Source: Candidatus Latescibacterota bacterium
GTDB taxonomy: Bacteria; Latescibacterota; UBA2968; UBA8231
NCBI GenBank assembly: GCA_965248265.1
Contig: CBDFJF010000001.1
Coordinates: 1,312,001-1,376,000, forward strand
Reading direction: 5' to 3'
DNA length: 64,000 nucleotides
Of the stretch, positions 58,850 to 64,000 are shown in pieces. Each line of letters starts with the position of its first letter. The stretch's first letter is position 1. The notes under the pieces are model-generated. The model was not told where the DNA came from, made no database searches, and worked only from the letters and a program-made list of their open reading frames with translations. The translations under genes were made by a program, and so were the position numbers.

Positions 58850-58914
58850 GACCTCGCTATCCCACGCAATGTCCGTCGTCATTGTTGTCCTCGTTCGAGT
58901 GGACGGCGAGACGC

Positions 58915-58967
58915 TCGCATGAGTTCTCTCCGCGATTTCCAATCCGGGCTGATGCCCTATCGTGTCA
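58915..58967. repeat. ~52-bp intergenic direct repeat, copy 2
   Basis: Matches 55648..55699 in the same orientation. Confidence 0.85.
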
Positions 58968-59057
58968 TCCAACAAGTCACATGGCTACCAAGCTGACGTT
59001 TGTCGATGTTTTGAGCTTGAACTTGAGCAATAAAGCCGAGTTGGCATTGGAGATTCC

Positions 59058-60356
59058 ATGATCAGCAAAACGACGACAGGAGCGCTGGCGATTGCGCTGG
59101 CCGCGACCATGGCAGTGGCCGACGAATGGCCGCAGTGGCGGGGCCCGGCAGGCGACGGCGTGTGGCATGAAAGCGGAATCGTCACCGAGCTGCCCCAACC
59201 TGCCATACCCCTCCGGTGGCGAGCGAAAATCTCGAGCGGTTACAGCGGGCCCACGGTGGCAGACGGCCGCGTCTTTGTCATGGACCGCGTCACCAGCCCG
59301 AGCCAGATCGAGCGCGTTCACTGCTTCGCATGGCAGACCGGAGAGCTGCTGTGGTCGCACCAATACGAGCGCGAGTATCGGAATGTCGACTTCATCGCCG
59401 GCCCTCGCGCTTGTGTGGCCATTCACGACGGACTGGCCTACGCCCTCGGCACGATGGGCGATCTTCACTGCCTCGATGCCGAATCGGGTAAGGTCGTCTG
59501 GCGCAAAGACCTGTTGGAAGAATACGGGATCCGCATGCCGATCTGGGGCATTGCTGCCTCGCCGATCGTTTTCGGAGACCTGGTAATCGTGCAGATCGGC
59601 GGCACCTCTGCCTGTCTCGTCGCCTTCGATCGCCGTACCGGCAAGGAAATGTGGAAAGCACTCGATGATCGGGCCTCCTACTCCACCCCACTGATCGTCG
59701 AGCAGAATGGCGAAACAATCCTGGTGTGCTGGACGGGCGACTACGTTGTCGGCCTCGATCCCCGCAGCGGGCAAACACACTGGAAGTACCCGAATCCCCC
59801 GAAGGAAATAGTCATCTCGATCGCGTCACCCGTCATCGATGGCGACAGGCTCTTCGTCACGAATTTCTACGACGGCTCGCTGATGCTGCGACTGCTATCC
59901 GATCGTCTGGCCGTGGAAAAAACCTGGCGCCGCGCAGGCTCCTCGGAACTGCAGACCGACGCTCTCCACTCGACCATCACCACACCTCTCATCATCGGCG
60001 ACCTCATCTACGGAATCGACAGCTACGGAGAGTTCCGGGGACTGGACGCCGCCACCGGCGAGCGCGTGTGGGAGAGTTCGGAGATCGTGCCGAGGGCGCG
60101 GTGGGCAACGGCTCATCTGGTGCGCAACGACGAACGGGTGTGGATCCTCAACGAGCGCGGCAAGCTGTTGATCACCAGCCTCACACCACAAGGCGCTCTA
60201 ATCCACAGCGCTGCGCATCTGATAAAACCGACCCGCGATCAGCTCAATCAGCGGGATGGCGTGGTGTGGTCGCAGCCGGCCTTCGCCTATCGTCACGTCT
60301 TCGCCCGCAACGACGAGGAGCTGGTCTGCGCCGACCTGAGAGCTGGCTCACAGTAA
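59058..60356 (+). CDS. Secreted PQQ-like beta-propeller protein
   Basis: Signal ending AVA; DEWPQWRGP, GYSGPTVADGRVF, WSQPAFA. Confidence 0.9.
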   Translation: MISKTTTGALAIALAATMAVADEWPQWRGPAGDGVWHESGIVTELPQPAIPLRWRAKISSGYSGPTVADGRVFVMDRVTSPSQIERVHCFAWQTGELLWSHQYEREYRNVDFIAGPRACVAIHDGLAYALGTMGDLHCLDAESGKVVWRKDLLEEYGIRMPIWGIAASPIVFGDLVIVQIGGTSACLVAFDRRTGKEMWKALDDRASYSTPLIVEQNGETILVCWTGDYVVGLDPRSGQTHWKYPNPPKEIVISIASPVIDGDRLFVTNFYDGSLMLRLLSDRLAVEKTWRRAGSSELQTDALHSTITTPLIIGDLIYGIDSYGEFRGLDAATGERVWESSEIVPRARWATAHLVRNDERVWILNERGKLLITSLTPQGALIHSAAHLIKPTRDQLNQRDGVVWSQPAFAYRHVFARNDEELVCADLRAGSQ

Positions 60357-60416
60357 CATCGCACAGTGCGCCGGGCGCATCCCAGCGCGACGCAAATCAT
60401 CAGAGGAGACAATCGC

Positions 60417-61316
60417 GTGACGCAGGCCATTCCAACCGCAGTGCTGGGCCGCACCGGACTGAAAGTCACCCGGCTCGGGTTCGGCACCGCCATCAGAGGC
60501 AATCCCGACGACGAGCACTGGAACAAAGTGCTGAACTCGGTGCTGGACGCGGGGATCAACTTCATAGACACCGCCAACGACTATGGCGTTAACAAAGGAA
60601 ACCCGGCCGAAGAGCAGATCGGAAAACAGATCTCCGGACGCCGGTCGGAGTTCTACCTCGCTACCAAGTGTGGATGCCCTCCCGGGGGCGGCGAGCACAT
60701 CTGGACGCGGGAGAACGCCTTCCGGGGATTACACGAGAGCCTGGAGCGGATGCAGACCGACTACGTGGACGTGATGCAGTACCACAATCCCTCAGTTGAG
60801 GAATGCGAGGCTGGTGACTTGGTGGCCGTGCTCGAGGATATGCGCAAGCAGGGCAAGGTGCGCTGGATAGGCGTCTCGACGACGCTGCCACACCTGGCGA
60901 CGTTCCTCGAGTGGGGGGTGTTCGACGTCTTCCAGATCCCCTACTCCGCCCTGGAGCGGGAGCACGAAGAGTGGATCACCAGGTCCGCACAAGCGGGAAC
61001 CGGCATTGTCGTCCGCGGCGGGGTGGCCCAGGGCGAACCTGATGCCGCCGCGGGAGAGGGGCAGGTGAACAGGTGGAAGATGTTCGAGGCGAATCTCGAC
61101 GAGCTGGTCGATGAAGGGGAGAGCCGTACCACGTTCATGCTGCGGTATACCCTGACGCATCCCCACTGCGATACAACCATCGTGGGCACTACCCGCATCG
61201 ATCACCTCGAAGAGAACCTGGCTGGTGTCATGAAAGGACCACTCTCTCCCGACACCTACGCCGAGGCCAAGCGCCGCCTGGACGCCGCCGGTGAGAAACC
61301 CGAGGCGGTTGCGTAA
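60417..61316 (+). CDS. Aldo/keto reductase
   Basis: GAGGAG RBS + GTG; LGRTGLKVTRLGFG, GINFIDTANDYG, ATK, TDYVDVMQYH, GKVRWIGVS. Confidence 0.93.
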   Translation: MTQAIPTAVLGRTGLKVTRLGFGTAIRGNPDDEHWNKVLNSVLDAGINFIDTANDYGVNKGNPAEEQIGKQISGRRSEFYLATKCGCPPGGGEHIWTRENAFRGLHESLERMQTDYVDVMQYHNPSVEECEAGDLVAVLEDMRKQGKVRWIGVSTTLPHLATFLEWGVFDVFQIPYSALEREHEEWITRSAQAGTGIVVRGGVAQGEPDAAAGEGQVNRWKMFEANLDELVDEGESRTTFMLRYTLTHPHCDTTIVGTTRIDHLEENLAGVMKGPLSPDTYAEAKRRLDAAGEKPEAVA

Positions 61317-61337
61317 TCCTTCCCACTGGCGGGAACC

Positions 61338-63269
61338 CTACGGCGCAAATACCTGAAACCGCCCACCTTCACTTCCCCCGTCGACGACGTGGATCCGGCC
61401 TTGCGAGTCGACGACCATGTCGATAGCGGTCGGTGGTGAGACCTGGAATTCTCCCGGCGCGTCGCCGAATCTTCCCCATTTGGTGACAAAGCGTCGTTCC
61501 GTGTCTTGTGACCTGGCATCAAAGACCTGTAGCAGGCCGCGCGCCTCCATGACCATCAGTCTCGTGCTAGACGCGTCGAAGGCGATGACGAGGGGGTCGA
61601 GGGTTTCGCCGCTGTCGGGCCCGACGCCGTCGTCGAAGGTGCTGTCATTACCCCCGTAAATGGTGTCCGTGACCTTCGTCTTGGCGATGATGTGGTTGCG
61701 TTCGCGATCGGGGACGCTGAAGAAGAACTGGTCGTTGCCGCTGCCTGCCCCAGCCTCGGGCGCCCGGACGACGTGCTGAACTGGTATGCCCTGATCGGCG
61801 ATGAGCGTCTTCCGAATGAGATCGAGCGGACCCTCCACGTTCCCCTCGCTGTCACTGCGATACATGAACCCCTCGTAGTCTATCATCACAATTGACCCGT
61901 CCTCGTCTTCGTAGAGGCCGGCCGGAAATGCGCCGTCCGTATCGATCAGGCGGAACCACAGCTCCCGCCGATCGGTGTCGATGGCACCGAGGACGACGCT
62001 TTTGCTTACCGTGTCTGAAACAGCGGTGTAGACACGTCCGCCCGTATCGACTGCAAGCCGCACCGGGGAAAGGCGGTGAGGTATCAGGCTGTTGCCTTCC
62101 AGTCTCGAAAAGTAGGGTCGATACCCGTCACCCCCCGGAAACATGACCTGAACGCCCGCCTGCATCGCTCTGGCAGTGGTGGTCGAGATCGCCGACATGG
62201 CGATGTAGATATCATCCATCCCGTCCAGGGCAGCGCCGATCGCCTGCGCCTCGGAGTTGCTGATAGACTGGAGTTCCCGCGTCTCCACGAGCGGATAGAA
62301 AATGCCGCTTCGCTCTGGACTGGCGCTCGATATACCACCCTCCCATTCCGTGTGCACGACGACGCGGTAGAGGTACTCCGTGTTGCCGTCGAGGACGGTA
62401 TCCGTGTACGAGGTGATGGTCTGGGTTTCAAGTAGCTCCACGGGCACATTCAGCCCGCCTTCGACGCGCCGGTGCACCTCGTAGGCTTGGAACCTGGGCC
62501 CATCGTATTGTGACCACGCCAATTCGGCCGTGGCGGTTTCACTGCTCAATAAAAGGCTTTCGATGCGCACTGCTGGAATCTCATAGGAGATTTCGGCGCG
62601 GGCGCTCTCGAAGCCGGCGCCAAAGACGATGGTGTTGACCCAGTAGAAGTAGTCGGCGCCGGGGCGGGCGGTCGTGTCCGTCCAGGCGCTGGTCTCGACC
62701 TCAGGTATCGAGTCCAGCCGTGCTGTATCTTCGCCGAATGCACGGCGCCAAATCTCGTACCCGTCAAAACCCGGACCGATGTACGGGTCCCAGGTCAGCA
62801 CGATGTGCCCTGTTGCCGGGGAGTCAGCGATGGAGGTCAACTCGACACCGGTGACGGTAAACGACTGCACGGAAAGCGGTTCGCTGGGCACGCCAAAGCC
62901 CGCCGTGTTCACTACTTCGATCCAGTAGATGTAGTCCCGGTCCGGCCTGATTGACGTGTCGGCATACGCTGTCTGTGCTTGTTCGCCTAGGTGTGCGAGG
63001 GTATCAATCTCAACGAGTGTCTTCTCGCGGCGCATTACCAGGTACATGTGGAAATCGGTTTGCCCTTCGTACGGTGCCCATTCGATGAGCGCCACACCAG
63101 TGGAATCGCTGATCTGCGCGCGGACATCCTCGACTGGAGGCGTGAGCGCGGAGTCGAAGGGGTTTTCTCGCGAGGCGTCGTGGCACGATGCGAAGAGGCA
63201 TGCGACGATCATGAACGCGCTCGCGCGGACAGCGAAGTGCTGTCCCGTATGTGTCTGACCTGAGATCAT
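61338..63269 (-). CDS. Lipoprotein with three fibronectin type III repeats and a C-terminal NHL-like propeller
   Basis: LFASC lipobox + RENPFD; three W..Y..F..Y.V.RR...Y/WTDT....Y.Y repeats; TKWGRFGDAPGEF..DMVVDSQGRIHVVD; start may be 63212. Confidence 0.8.
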   Translation of the reverse strand: MISGQTHTGQHFAVRASAFMIVACLFASCHDASRENPFDSALTPPVEDVRAQISDSTGVALIEWAPYEGQTDFHMYLVMRREKTLVEIDTLAHLGEQAQTAYADTSIRPDRDYIYWIEVVNTAGFGVPSEPLSVQSFTVTGVELTSIADSPATGHIVLTWDPYIGPGFDGYEIWRRAFGEDTARLDSIPEVETSAWTDTTARPGADYFYWVNTIVFGAGFESARAEISYEIPAVRIESLLLSSETATAELAWSQYDGPRFQAYEVHRRVEGGLNVPVELLETQTITSYTDTVLDGNTEYLYRVVVHTEWEGGISSASPERSGIFYPLVETRELQSISNSEAQAIGAALDGMDDIYIAMSAISTTTARAMQAGVQVMFPGGDGYRPYFSRLEGNSLIPHRLSPVRLAVDTGGRVYTAVSDTVSKSVVLGAIDTDRRELWFRLIDTDGAFPAGLYEDEDGSIVMIDYEGFMYRSDSEGNVEGPLDLIRKTLIADQGIPVQHVVRAPEAGAGSGNDQFFFSVPDRERNHIIAKTKVTDTIYGGNDSTFDDGVGPDSGETLDPLVIAFDASSTRLMVMEARGLLQVFDARSQDTERRFVTKWGRFGDAPGEFQVSPPTAIDMVVDSQGRIHVVDGGSEGGRFQVFAP

Positions 63270-63368
63270 TTGTTGGATACGGTATCGTTATGCGGAAGGA
63301 ATCATAAGTTCTCCGGCAATTGCCCGAGAAGCATACTGCCGTCGTCGTCGCCTGACAACACAACACCG

Positions 63369-63383
63369 GCAAACGACGTGCCA
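63369..63383 (-). promoter_or_regulatory. Sigma-54 (-24/-12) promoter upstream of the FN3 lipoprotein gene
   Basis: Minus strand TGGCACG-TCGT-TTGC matches the TGGCACG-N4-TTGC consensus, in an intergenic region. Confidence 0.7.
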
Positions 63384-63548
63384 GAGTCGGATTGATGCCC
63401 GTTCGCTGCCGCAGGCACGGGCGTTCGGCCACACGTCAATCTGCGGTCTGTTGAACCCAAATTCGTAAATTCGGTCGGAATTTATCACTATATTTTCTCC
63501 GTCGGGATTCGCTGGACTACAACGGGTGATTGGCGCGCTCTACAACGC

Positions 63549-64000
63549 ATGGCGAGAAACCCTTACCTGAACCGTTCCATGATCCGATCCGTCGATCAGT
63601 TCTTCGGCAGGAGCCGGGAAGTGGAACGCATAATGTCGCGCCTGGGCGCCGAACCACCGCAGTCGGTTTCGATCGTCGGGGCTCGCCGTGCGGGCAAGTC
63701 GTCCCTGCTTTGGCACATTGCCCAGAATGAGGTCTATGCCCGCTATCTGGACAAGCCTGAGCGCTACGCGTTCATATTTTTTGACTTTCAGGGACAACAA
63801 CATCTGGGTCAATCCGGTTTTTGCCGGGTCTTCGGCGAACATCTGAGTGCTGCCTGTGGAGACCGTTTTACAGTTCCAGCTCTTGACGATTTCGAGGGCA
63901 TGGAAGCAACCGTGCGCGATCTCAGCGCGCGGGGTCTTCAACTGGTATGTCTGTTCGACGAATTCGAAGCAGTAACCCGCAACCCCGGGTTTGGAGAGGA
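63549..64000 (+). CDS. STAND-like/AAA P-loop ATPase (partial, runs off window end; absent from ORF track)
   Basis: Manual translation MARNPYLNRSMIRSVDQFFGRSREVERI..SIVGARRAGKSSLL (Walker A)..LVCLFDEFE (Walker B). Confidence 0.85.
   Translation, partial: MARNPYLNRSMIRSVDQFFGRSREVERIMSRLGAEPPQSVSIVGARRAGKSSLLWHIAQNEVYARYLDKPERYAFIFFDFQGQQHLGQSGFCRVFGEHLSAACGDRFTVPALDDFEGMEATVRDLSARGLQLVCLFDEFEAVTRNPGFGE

Noticed and set aside
59058-60356. BamB or PQQ dehydrogenase call (also 1235..3454)
   Set aside because: No lipobox or bam context and no evident dehydrogenase motifs; generic propeller family
1-64000. tRNA, rRNA, IS elements, integrases, prophage
   Set aside because: No recognisable signatures; intergenic gaps are short. 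tRNAscan and Rfam were not run

Overview
GC-rich bacterial DNA, dense with genes (about 43 CDS). I saw no rRNA, tRNA, CRISPR array or transposase. The gene families suggest Latescibacterota or a related FCB/Poribacteria-like lineage, by inference: FlgD-Ig/T9SS-like tails, a 'TAVESNTWGRLK' C-terminal tail, DUF6785-like membrane proteins, DUF4838, CRTAC1/ASPIC-UnbV, PQQ propellers and PhyH. Positions 1-24260 are one co-directional minus-strand block of envelope and secreted proteins. Its upstream half is the best candidate for an undescribed system: a TWG-tail DOMON/CBM9-like protein, three paralogous discoidin+FlgD/CHU_C-tail proteins, a large probable outer-membrane beta-barrel with Asp-rich loops, a degenerate double-parvulin lipoprotein and a small lipoprotein. 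Positions 24767-61316 form a catabolic region with duplicated transporters, glycoside-hydrolase-like proteins and oxidoreductases, including four paralog pairs. It also holds an MNT gene whose HEPN partner is internally deleted, and a ~52-bp intergenic direct repeat. The window ends with an FN3 lipoprotein behind a consensus sigma-54 promoter, divergent from a truncated STAND-like ATPase. All family calls come from motif recognition by eye; no database searches were run.
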